Positions 40,535-49,077 of a DNA stretch of 57,130 nt are shown one piece after another. The DNA comes from an uncultured Candidatus Melainabacteria bacterium (GTDB lineage Bacteria; Cyanobacteriota; Vampirovibrionia; Gastranaerophilales; Gastranaerophilaceae), in assembly GCA_946055575.1 (NCBI GenBank), contig CAMGGL010000001.1, positions 1-57,130 of the forward strand, read 5' to 3'. The notes under the pieces were generated by a model that searched no databases, had not been told where the DNA came from, and was given only the letters and a program-made list of their open reading frames with translations. A program made the position numbers and the translations under genes. Position 1 is the first letter of the stretch. Every line of letters begins with the position of its first letter.

Positions 40535-42664
40535 TTATAATTCATCCCAAATTCTGCTTAATGCTTGGATGTTTTCTTTCGCCACCACATCATTAAGAAT
40601 ATGAGTAATTGTATCACGATTTACATCCGTGAGTTTATAAGAAAATTCAGCAGACCCATCACCGCCAACTTTGTGAGAAAGCTCATGGAGTGCTGTTTCT
40701 AACAATTCACTCAAAGATGAATTATCCAAAAATGTCTTGTCTAACCAAAAGCCCTTAGATGTACCATTGTCAATAATAGCTTCAGCACAAGTGTGCTCAA
40801 ATATTTTATTTTCATTTGTTGAGGTTCTGTCAAACAAGTAAATCTTTGTATCAAGTTCTTCAGGCGTAAAATGTTTTTCTTCTAACGCCGGAGAAAGATT
40901 TTTTATTGCTTCCTTTAATATCATAATTTTCTTAGCTTGCACATCATTTGGAACAACCGGTTCATGCGCCCTTGCGTCACCATACAAATCTTTGATTGAC
41001 TTCATACCAAGTTTGGTGAAATCTTCTTTACAAATGGTATATCCGGCAAGCTGCAACTCCAAAACAACATCCGGAGAAGCAGGAGAATATGCAACATATT
41101 TATCAGGGAATTTTATATGTACACGGTCTTTCATCCTCGATAACATCCCCACTACGAAGTAATCCATAGCTCCCGGCAGCTTCGATTTTGTCCAATATTT
41201 TTGAAGTGAACTCAACAGTTTAACCTGTTCATCCAAAGGCATTGCATTTTCTCTACCATAATAAAATCCGAGAGAATTGAAATCATAATCCCATAAAGAT
41301 GTTCTGTCACGAGACACATCTATATACGCTGGATCAGGTTTTTCTTTGAAAAATATTGATACACCTTTTAAACCGTTATAAGAATTTTCAAATTCAAATT
41401 TTTGCCCTGCGATATAAATACCACCAACCTCATCAGTAGGTAAGATTTTTACACCAAGAACATCATTTTCAAAATCCGGGCATCTGAAATGTTCATTACT
41501 GCGATGATAGAACCTATTAATTGTATTCCTTAACGATTGGAGTAATTCCATATTATCAGTTTCAAATTCAACATAATTGCCGTTGTATTTATCCGCTTTT
41601 TCAAGAGTATAACTTAACACACGTTTATCGGTAAGTGCCGTATTTTGTAAACTAAATGTTAATTCCCAATTATCGGACGCAACTTTCATATTACCGATAT
41701 CATAGTCTTTTAACAGCTTTAAGGCGCACATTTTTAAACCTTCACCAAAGTTACCGGCAGCTTTCGCATCATCACGTTTTGTAGATTCACCGATATAAAT
41801 TGCTTTATCAACAGTATATGTACTGTCACCTGAAATTCTCACCTTAACCTTTTTACCGTTTGGTACAAAGCTAAATCTTACACCATCAAGCGTTTGTCCA
41901 TGACCGTCATAAAAATTCTGTAATATGTCACGTGCAATTTTATCCGCATTCCACCTTACCGAATCCGCATAACTTTCGGTTACGCCTGTTTGAGAATTAT
42001 AAACCGGCGAAAAATCTTTTGTCGGCATGTGAGTAACTTTTACTTCTGAGGTTTTTGGCATTGAAAATTCAAAACGACCGTCAGCTCCTATTTCCGGAAT
42101 ATCTAATCTTATGGCATCGGCACGATTTGAAGTTCTTTGTACCGCAGGCAAATCAACAGCATCATCAAATACCTTGAAGTTTCCCCGTCCGACTACCGGC
42201 GGATTTGCAATATCATAATCCAAGTTTTCGCCCAAAATCTTTGCTCTTAAAGTTTGGTATATATTTTCCCTTATCTCTTTTGGAGATAAATCGCTCTCAA
42301 TAATATCTTTTAATTTGGCACTCAATGCACTAATTTCTTTTCGTAAGCCTTTATTTGTATTATTTAATAATACATTATCTTCCGTCACTCCTCTAATTTG
42401 TTCTCTTAGTGCATTTATACCTGTTTTCAAGCTGTTTTTTTCTGCATTTACCAGACGAAATCTTGCTCTGGCACGTCCGCTGAGCATTTGACCGCCGAGA
42501 ACTGCTGCTGTAATAGCAGTAGCTGCAGCTATTGAACAAACCTCTTTTGAAGAAAATTTCCTATCTTTCAGACTAACTTTCTGTTTTTTATCTTTTTCTG
42601 TTTTTGCAGGTTCTGCGGTAATAATCGAAGCCTTAGTGTTTGTTATGTTGTTTAATTTATCCAT
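40535..42664 (-). CDS. Hypothetical TM/coiled-coil protein with a GHKL (sacsin/Hsp90-like) ATPase-like signature and C-terminal HExxH
   Basis: TM at about aa 43-62. Coiled-coil-like region aa 70-125. ARDILQNFYDGHG (NxxD, Bergerat N-box-like) near aa 245. IGESTKRDDAKAAGNFGEGLKM (sacsin-like S.K...G.FG.G) near aa 291-311. LHELSHKVGG near aa 660. Confidence 0.5.
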   Translation of the reverse strand: MDKLNNITNTKASIITAEPAKTEKDKKQKVSLKDRKFSSKEVCSIAAATAITAAVLGGQMLSGRARARFRLVNAEKNSLKTGINALREQIRGVTEDNVLLNNTNKGLRKEISALSAKLKDIIESDLSPKEIRENIYQTLRAKILGENLDYDIANPPVVGRGNFKVFDDAVDLPAVQRTSNRADAIRLDIPEIGADGRFEFSMPKTSEVKVTHMPTKDFSPVYNSQTGVTESYADSVRWNADKIARDILQNFYDGHGQTLDGVRFSFVPNGKKVKVRISGDSTYTVDKAIYIGESTKRDDAKAAGNFGEGLKMCALKLLKDYDIGNMKVASDNWELTFSLQNTALTDKRVLSYTLEKADKYNGNYVEFETDNMELLQSLRNTINRFYHRSNEHFRCPDFENDVLGVKILPTDEVGGIYIAGQKFEFENSYNGLKGVSIFFKEKPDPAYIDVSRDRTSLWDYDFNSLGFYYGRENAMPLDEQVKLLSSLQKYWTKSKLPGAMDYFVVGMLSRMKDRVHIKFPDKYVAYSPASPDVVLELQLAGYTICKEDFTKLGMKSIKDLYGDARAHEPVVPNDVQAKKIMILKEAIKNLSPALEEKHFTPEELDTKIYLFDRTSTNENKIFEHTCAEAIIDNGTSKGFWLDKTFLDNSSLSELLETALHELSHKVGGDGSAEFSYKLTDVNRDTITHILNDVVAKENIQALSRIWDEL

Positions 42665-42769
42665 GATGCAAGCATTAAAACATAAACAAAATATTTTTTG
42701 CTATATAATGCAAAACTTTTGTTTGATGTAATATTAATATAGTAGATACAGAATAAAAGAGAGAATATT

Positions 42770-43429
42770 ATGAAAAAAGAACTGATTTTTTTAGGACCTC
42801 CTGCTTGCGGAAAAGGTACTCAAACAACAAAACTTGCAGAATTTTTAGGATTTCCGCATGTTGATACCGGTTCATTATTAAGAGCAGAAATTCAAAGCGG
42901 TTCAGAAAACGGACTTATTGCAAAGTCTTTTATAGATAAAGGACACTTGGTACCGGTAGATTTAGTCGGTTCTATAATTAAATCTCGTTTAGCTCAAAAA
43001 GATTGTGAAAACGGCTATATTCTGGACGGATATCCGCGCAGTCTTGAACAGGCAGAAATGCTTGACGTTATCAATTCAGAAATTAACGGTTCTGCTGAAG
43101 TCAATTTTAAAGCTATTTATTTCGATTTAGACCAAAGCGTATTGATTTCAAGAATTGTAAATCGCTGTTCATGCCCGAAATGCGGAGAAATATATAATTT
43201 AAAATTCAAGCCTCCAAAAAATAAAGGGGTTTGCGACAAATGCGGAGAAATATTAACTCAACGCAAAGACGACACCGAAGAAATTGCAAAAGCACGATTT
43301 GAAACATATTTTCAAGAAACCGCCCCTTTGATTGATTATTACAAAAAACGCGGAGTTTTAAAACCAATCAATGCAGACGGCTCAATTGAAGATGTTTGGA
43401 ACAGACTGATAAAAGTTGTTCAGGAGTAA
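42770..43429 (+). CDS. adk: Adenylate kinase (zinc-lid type)
   Basis: P-loop FLGPPACGKGTQ and lid Cys pairs CPKCGEIYN...CDKCGE. Confidence 0.95.
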   Translation: MKKELIFLGPPACGKGTQTTKLAEFLGFPHVDTGSLLRAEIQSGSENGLIAKSFIDKGHLVPVDLVGSIIKSRLAQKDCENGYILDGYPRSLEQAEMLDVINSEINGSAEVNFKAIYFDLDQSVLISRIVNRCSCPKCGEIYNLKFKPPKNKGVCDKCGEILTQRKDDTEEIAKARFETYFQETAPLIDYYKKRGVLKPINADGSIEDVWNRLIKVVQE

Positions 43430-43465
43430 TTTTTCAAAATTGCATGTTTATTATATAATCAGGTT

Positions 43466-44917
43466 ATGAATTTAGATAGCCGGATTGACAGTATTTTATC
43501 GCCAATAGCGAATAAAATTTCAGGAATAATTTTTTCACACGTAACAATTAACGGTGTTCGTGTAGAATTTTTAATTGTCTTACTAATGACTGCCGCATTA
43601 TATTTTACATTCAGAACAAGATTTATCGGCTTGTGGGGTTTTAAACACGCAATAAATCTTATTACAAAAAAATATAAACATGAAGATGCAATAAAACGGA
43701 AAAAACAAGGAGAAGTTTCGTCTTTCCAAGCACTAACCGCGACAATATCGGCATCTGCCGGAATGGGTAACGTTGTTGGATCTGCCTTAGCAGTTTCGGT
43801 TGGCGGACCGGGTGTAATTTTTTGGATGATTGTTGCCGGCATTTTTTCTATGGCATTAAAATTTGCTGAAGTATTATTAGGCATAAAGTTTCGTCAAATT
43901 AATAAAGACGGCTCATCATCAGGCGGGCCGATGTATTATATACTAAACGGATTACGAGCTGAATGGATTAAACCGTACACCCCGTATTTATCAAAAATTT
44001 ACGCAGTATGCTGTATATTTGCAATGATTGGCGGTTGGAATTTATTTCAAATTAATGCCATAACTACACAAATCACAAATGTAACAGGATTATTTGCAGG
44101 TCAACGCTGGATATTTGGATTAATTGTTGCAATAATAACTTACGTAACAGTAATTGGCGGGATAAAAGCTATAGGTAAATTTACCTCAAAAGTTACACCT
44201 GTAATGTGTAGCTTATACGTATTTTCTGCATTTATAATTTGTTTATTAAATATTCATCATATTCCGCATACAGTCTGCTTGATTGTCAAAGAGGCATTTA
44301 ACCCGAGCGCGGTAACAGGCGGAATGTTTGCCTGTATGTTATGGGGATTTCGCCGTGCAATGTTTGCAAACGAGGCAGGACTTGGAACAGCACCTATTGC
44401 ATTTTCGGCAGTAAAAACCAGCAAGCCTGTAGCTCAAGCTTTTATTGCAATGTTACAACCGTTTGTAGATACGGTTATTGTCGGTTCAGCAACAGCATTT
44501 ATAATAGTTGTAACAGGCGCATACCTAAATACTAACGGAATTGAAGGAATTGAATTAACATCAAAAGCATTTGCAACAGTATGTCCGTTTTTCCCTGTAT
44601 TATTAACATTTATGGCAGCATGCTTTGTACTTTCAACAATGCTGTGTGGCTCATACTACGGAACAAAAAGTTGGACATTTTTATTCGGAGATTCAAAATA
44701 TACAACCAGAACATTTCAAATAATATACTGTTTATTTATCGTAATAGGTTCTGCAATGAATTTAAAAAGCGTAGTAAATTTATCTGATGCGTTCACGCTA
44801 TTTCTTGCCGTTCCAAATTTGATTGCAGTATTTTTATTATCTGATATAATAATGAAAGAACTAAGACGTTACTGTAAAAAGTACGAAATTGGGATTTTTA
44901 AAAATGAAGGAAAATAA
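43466..44917 (+). CDS. Sodium:alanine (AGCS family) symporter
   Basis: Polytopic protein with the family motif GGPGVIFWMIVAG and a QALTATISASAGMGNVVG region. Confidence 0.9.
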   Translation: MNLDSRIDSILSPIANKISGIIFSHVTINGVRVEFLIVLLMTAALYFTFRTRFIGLWGFKHAINLITKKYKHEDAIKRKKQGEVSSFQALTATISASAGMGNVVGSALAVSVGGPGVIFWMIVAGIFSMALKFAEVLLGIKFRQINKDGSSSGGPMYYILNGLRAEWIKPYTPYLSKIYAVCCIFAMIGGWNLFQINAITTQITNVTGLFAGQRWIFGLIVAIITYVTVIGGIKAIGKFTSKVTPVMCSLYVFSAFIICLLNIHHIPHTVCLIVKEAFNPSAVTGGMFACMLWGFRRAMFANEAGLGTAPIAFSAVKTSKPVAQAFIAMLQPFVDTVIVGSATAFIIVVTGAYLNTNGIEGIELTSKAFATVCPFFPVLLTFMAACFVLSTMLCGSYYGTKSWTFLFGDSKYTTRTFQIIYCLFIVIGSAMNLKSVVNLSDAFTLFLAVPNLIAVFLLSDIIMKELRRYCKKYEIGIFKNEGK

Positions 44918-44933
44918 TAAGGAGAGCGATTTA

Positions 44934-45584
44934 ATGATTAAAAAGGGATGTTTGGATATACTAAAATCTAAATGTGAAAATTGTCAAGAATGTATTTTAG
45001 GAAAAACTCGTAACAATGTAGTTTTTTCTGACGGAAATCCTGAAACTGCAAGAATTGTTTTAATCGGGGAAGCTCCTGGAGAAACAGAAGATGAAACTGG
45101 AACACCGTTTGTCGGCAGAGCAGGAAAATTGTTAAACCAATTCCTTGAAGAAGCAGGAATTTCAAGACAAGATGACCTATATATTATAAATACCGTAAAA
45201 TGCAGACCACCTGAAAACAGAGTTCCAACAGACGTTGAAAAAGAACTTTGCTCAAAATTTATGAATGCACAAATTGACATTATGAATCCGAAAGCAATAA
45301 TTTTCTGCGGAGCTACTTCATTAAAATCTTTTTGGGCAGATAAAAAAGTTCAAATTTCAAAAGTTCGCGGAAACTGGTTTAATGTGAACGTGAACGGTAA
45401 GGAATACCGTGCAATGGCGATTTTCCACCCGTCATATTTGTTGCGAAATCACTCAATGGAAGAAGGTTCACCAAGAAGACTTATGCAACAAGATTTGGCA
45501 ATAATCAAATCTGAAATATTGGGTGACAAACAGGTGTGCCCCTCCTGCTCCAACCCTTTCAATAAGGAAATGGCGGTAGTTTAA
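44934..45584 (+). CDS. Uracil-DNA glycosylase, family 4
   Basis: CxxCxxC N-terminus (CENCQEC), GEAPGETEDETGTPFVGRAGKLL and HPSYLLRN. Start at ATG after AAGGAG. Confidence 0.85.
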   Translation: MIKKGCLDILKSKCENCQECILGKTRNNVVFSDGNPETARIVLIGEAPGETEDETGTPFVGRAGKLLNQFLEEAGISRQDDLYIINTVKCRPPENRVPTDVEKELCSKFMNAQIDIMNPKAIIFCGATSLKSFWADKKVQISKVRGNWFNVNVNGKEYRAMAIFHPSYLLRNHSMEEGSPRRLMQQDLAIIKSEILGDKQVCPSCSNPFNKEMAVV

Positions 45585-45604
45585 ACTTAAAAAGTTATAC
45601 AAAA

Positions 45605-45640
45605 AAGAACGCAATACTCAGTTTATTTGCGTTCTTTTTC
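45605..45640 (+). terminator. Intrinsic terminator after the UDG gene
   Basis: GAACGCAA-N12-TTGCGTTC hairpin followed by TTTTT. Confidence 0.7.
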
Positions 45641-45689
45641 CCACAATTGACTATTTACATAATTAGAAATAAAGAATATAATACATAAA

Positions 45690-46661
45690 ATGTCAATCCT
45701 AGAAGTCAAAAATCTCAATCTTGGTTTCCAATGTGAAGATATATTTCGTCAGGCTTTATATGACGTCAATTTTTCTTTGGAAAAAGGTAAAATGCTTGCC
45801 ATTGTCGGAGAATCAGGCTGCGGAAAAACAATGAGTGCAATGAGTATCTTAAACCTAATTCCCAAAACCGCAAAAATTACTTCCGGAAAAATAATTTTTC
45901 AAAAAGAAGATTTACTGAAAAAATCTCAAAAAGAAATGCAAAATTTCAGAGGTTCAAAAATTGCATTGATACCTCAAGATCCGATGACTTCCTTAAATCC
46001 GCTATATACAGTCGGCGACCAGTTGTTTGAAATATTGAAAATTCACCAAAATTTGCAAGGTGATGAAGCTGTCAAAAAAGCAATTGAAGCTTTTGAAGCA
46101 GTACAAATTCCGAGCGCAAAAACCAGATTAAAAAATTATCCTCACGAATTTTCAGGCGGAATGAAACAACGCGCAATTATTGCTATGGCTCTTGCTTGTA
46201 ACGCGGAAATTCTTATTGCTGATGAACCAACAACAGCACTTGATGTAACTATTCAAGCGCAAATTATGAAATTATTAAACGAAATTAAAATAAACAACAA
46301 AACTTCAATTTTACTAATTACACACGATTTGGCTTTAGTTAGCGAAAACGCAGACGACATCGCTGTAATGTATGCGGGAAGAATAATAGAACAAGCCCCA
46401 AATAAGGAATTTTTTAGCAATCCTAACCACCCATACTCAAAAGCATTATTAAATTCCCTACCGGCAAACAATAAAGAAAAACTTCAAACAATAGAAGGTC
46501 AGCCACCAACACTTTCTCAAGAAATAAACGGATGTAAATTTCACCCGCGTTGCAAAAATTGTATGAAAATTTGCACACAAAAAATTCCAAAATTAATAAA
46601 AATTAATACCATTCATTCAAGTGCGTGTTTCTTGAATAATAGTGAGGATTTGCCCGTATAG
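45690..46661 (+). CDS. ABC transporter ATP-binding protein, oligopeptide/dipeptide (OppD/DppD-like)
   Basis: Walker A GESGCGKT, signature FSGGMKQR, Walker B ILIADEPTTALD, and the C-terminal Cys-rich tail GCKFHPRC typical of Opp/Dpp ATPases. Confidence 0.85.
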   Translation: MSILEVKNLNLGFQCEDIFRQALYDVNFSLEKGKMLAIVGESGCGKTMSAMSILNLIPKTAKITSGKIIFQKEDLLKKSQKEMQNFRGSKIALIPQDPMTSLNPLYTVGDQLFEILKIHQNLQGDEAVKKAIEAFEAVQIPSAKTRLKNYPHEFSGGMKQRAIIAMALACNAEILIADEPTTALDVTIQAQIMKLLNEIKINNKTSILLITHDLALVSENADDIAVMYAGRIIEQAPNKEFFSNPNHPYSKALLNSLPANNKEKLQTIEGQPPTLSQEINGCKFHPRCKNCMKICTQKIPKLIKINTIHSSACFLNNSEDLPV

Positions 46662-46745
46662 TTTTGTAAAGTTTTTAAAAAAGTATCTTGTAAAATTTTT
46701 ATTTTATATTACAATTATAGTAATTATTAGTTATAGGAGGAAAAT

Positions 46746-47090
46746 ATGGCTTGCGGTTCTTTAGAAATTGAAATTTTAAACACCTTTTGGAATTTAACAT
46801 CCATTGATGAAGACAAAGATATTTCAATTCAGGACGTAGTGGACGAATTATCAAAAAATGGTACAGAACGTGCATATACAACTATCAAAACCGTTATGGA
46901 CAGGTTGGTTACAAAATGTATTCTTGTAAGATATAAAGTTGGTAAAAAGTTTTTCTACAAGGCAACAATGGATAGACGTGAAATGGCTTTGAACATGCTT
47001 GATGAATTTACCAATAATTTCTTCAACGGAGATTACGTAAAAATGATGCACTTCGTTGAACAAGAAACAGAAAAGCTTTTAGTAAAATAA
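46746..47090 (+). CDS. BlaI/MecI/CopY-family winged-helix transcriptional repressor
   Basis: Pattern ..EIEILNTFW....ISIQDVVDEL......AYTTIKTVMDRLVTKCILVRYKVGKKFFY...FFNGD and ~114 aa length match the penicillinase-repressor family. AGGAGG RBS. Confidence 0.7.
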   Translation: MACGSLEIEILNTFWNLTSIDEDKDISIQDVVDELSKNGTERAYTTIKTVMDRLVTKCILVRYKVGKKFFYKATMDRREMALNMLDEFTNNFFNGDYVKMMHFVEQETEKLLVK

Positions 47091-47092
47091 TC

Positions 47093-47479
47093 ATGCCTAA
47101 CAACTTGGAAGATAGAAAAGAGGTTGCCAAATTATTACGCAGTGTTCTGTTGGGACATTGTAGTGTTAGACAGGCATTGATGTTGTACCCGAAAGATACA
47201 GTAGATGAAAGTCTTATTGCAGCTTATCACGCATTAATTCATTATGAAGCAGATGAGGATTTAAGAGCTCGCGATTTATTATATAAAGAAGAACAGGACG
47301 ATTATATAGAGTTTTTGTCGTACACTTTAGATAGAGGTGAAGATTTACCGACAAATATTATCAACAACTATAAACAATACTACGAGGCTGCCCCTATTCT
47401 TCACAAAAATACACTAAGCGGATTTTTTAAGGGTTTTTGGAAATCTTTAAATATCGGATATAAAAAGGAGAACAAATGA
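47093..47479 (+). CDS. Hypothetical protein (128 aa)
   Basis: ORF 2 nt after the repressor gene and overlapping the next gene by 4 nt. No recognised motif. Confidence 0.4.
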   Translation: MPNNLEDRKEVAKLLRSVLLGHCSVRQALMLYPKDTVDESLIAAYHALIHYEADEDLRARDLLYKEEQDDYIEFLSYTLDRGEDLPTNIINNYKQYYEAAPILHKNTLSGFFKGFWKSLNIGYKKENK

Positions 47480-48516
47480 AAAAACTATTAACAGCAATTG
47501 CCGTATTAATACTTTCCGGCATAAGCGTTCAAACTGCGGAAGCCCAAATGGCTAAAAACATCGATGTTTTACCGGCATTAACGAGTGAAAGTACAGCCCA
47601 AAACCGTATATGGGTAGGAACTTTTCAAATTGTTTGGAATGAATTGATGGATGAAATACTGCACAAACCGATTAAATTTGCAGGTTATGATTCAATTGAC
47701 GCAAAAGAATTGAATAAAAAAACATTTACAAAATCTTATTTAAACAATAACTCATACTATGTAAAATCAGATATCGTTTCACCTGATTTAAAGACAGAAA
47801 TAGAAACCGCTATCAAAAACAAATTTAACGAAACAAGCGACATTTTGGATTTATTTGATTGGTCATACGACCCTCAAAGACTTTTCATCTACGCAATGTT
47901 GAAAAAAGATTTTAAATTCAAAGTGCCTTTTGATAAATTACCGCAAAGAACATTCGGACAAAACCCGACACTTATAGATTATTTTGGAATAAATGAAGAC
48001 AGTAGCAGAAGATTATATAAAAATGTTAGTGTAATGTTTTATAATGCAAATAATGATTTTGCAGTAAAACTTTTCACGAAATCAAAAGATATTGTAATTT
48101 TGTATAGAACAGATGACGATACAACTTTTGATAATTATTTCAAAAACGTAAATGAAAAAGCTGAAAAATACATGGGCTCAAGAAGTTTTAACGGAGATGA
48201 CAAATTATCAGTTCCGGATTTCAATATTGATTTGGAAACCAATTTCCCTGACGTTGAAAAGCACAGAATAAAAGGAACAAATTACGAAATTGACCAAACA
48301 ATTGAAACTATAAAATTTAAAATGGATAATCACGGTGTAAAACTAAAAAGTGAAGCCGCCATTATGATGAAATGTCTTTCACTCCCTGTAGAACGAGGCA
48401 GAAATTTCAGTTACAATGATAATTTTGTACTGTTCTTAATAGAAAGCGGTAAAAAGACACCATATTACGCAATGCGGGTTCATGATGCTGAAACCTTTAA
48501 TAAAACAAGTAAATAA
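47476..48516 (+). CDS. Secreted serpin-like protein (divergent SERPIN fold)
   Basis: Signal peptide MKKLLTAIAVLILSGISVQTAEA. Serpin-like blocks: IKNKFNETSDILDL (cf. IN.WV...T.G.I..L), LFIYAMLKKDFKFKVPF (cf. LVLVNAIYFKG.W..PF) and KLSVPDFNIDLETNF (cf. V.LPKF.I). A hinge/RCL-like HGVKLKSEAAIMMKCLSLP is followed by NFVLFLIE...YYAMRV (cf. PFLF.I....ILF.GRV). Confidence 0.5.
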   Translation: MKKLLTAIAVLILSGISVQTAEAQMAKNIDVLPALTSESTAQNRIWVGTFQIVWNELMDEILHKPIKFAGYDSIDAKELNKKTFTKSYLNNNSYYVKSDIVSPDLKTEIETAIKNKFNETSDILDLFDWSYDPQRLFIYAMLKKDFKFKVPFDKLPQRTFGQNPTLIDYFGINEDSSRRLYKNVSVMFYNANNDFAVKLFTKSKDIVILYRTDDDTTFDNYFKNVNEKAEKYMGSRSFNGDDKLSVPDFNIDLETNFPDVEKHRIKGTNYEIDQTIETIKFKMDNHGVKLKSEAAIMMKCLSLPVERGRNFSYNDNFVLFLIESGKKTPYYAMRVHDAETFNKTSK

Positions 48517-48523
48517 AATAAAA

Positions 48524-48549
48524 AAGCGGGAGAATATCCCGCTTTTTTA
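48524..48549 (+). terminator. Intrinsic terminator after the serpin-like gene
   Basis: GCGGGA-N5-TCCCGC hairpin followed by TTTTTT. Confidence 0.75.
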
Positions 48550-48651
48550 TTTATCAATATTTACAATTAATAATTCTTTGATTTTGTAAAAATTTTCATT
48601 AAAACAAAATAAACACTTATCCACCTTTTAGTTGATTTTTAGGTAAATAAG

Positions 48652-48681
48652 TTGAAAAAAACAAGTCAAATGAAGTAATAT
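48652..48681 (+). promoter_or_regulatory. Candidate sigma-70-type promoter for the flagellar block
   Basis: TTGAAA at 48652-48657, an 18-nt spacer, then TAATAT at 48676-48681, about 20 nt before the fliE ATG. A by-eye match only. Confidence 0.25.
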
Positions 48682-48700
48682 AGAATAGAGAGGTAGTATT

Positions 48701-49033
48701 ATGAAAAGCAACTTTCCGCAATACGATTTGGCATCAAGAATACAACATTCAAAATTTGACGCAGCAATGATGCCAAGCGCAAGAGTATCAAGAGTTGAAA
48801 CACCTGAAACCGGAGATTTTAAACAAGTATTCACCGGACTTATGGAAAATCTTAACGAGGAATTGAATGCTCCGGATAATATGATGAAAGATATTATGTC
48901 AGGAAATAAAAATGTCGATATTCACGATGTAATGACAGCAATGTCAAAATCAGAAATATCCGTAAATGTTGCAACTCAGATTATCGGTAAAGTTATAAAC
49001 GCGTACGACCGTGTATCGCAAATTTCTGTATAA
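48701..49033 (+). CDS. fliE: Flagellar hook-basal body complex protein FliE
   Basis: About 110 aa. FKQVFTGLMENLNEELN...DIHDVMTAMSKSEISVNVATQIIGKVINAYDRVSQI matches the FliE C-terminal pattern. It lies immediately upstream of fliF. Confidence 0.8.
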   Translation: MKSNFPQYDLASRIQHSKFDAAMMPSARVSRVETPETGDFKQVFTGLMENLNEELNAPDNMMKDIMSGNKNVDIHDVMTAMSKSEISVNVATQIIGKVINAYDRVSQISV

Positions 49034-49077
49034 TACTCTCCTTGATACAATAAAAACATTCAGACAACGGGACGGAA

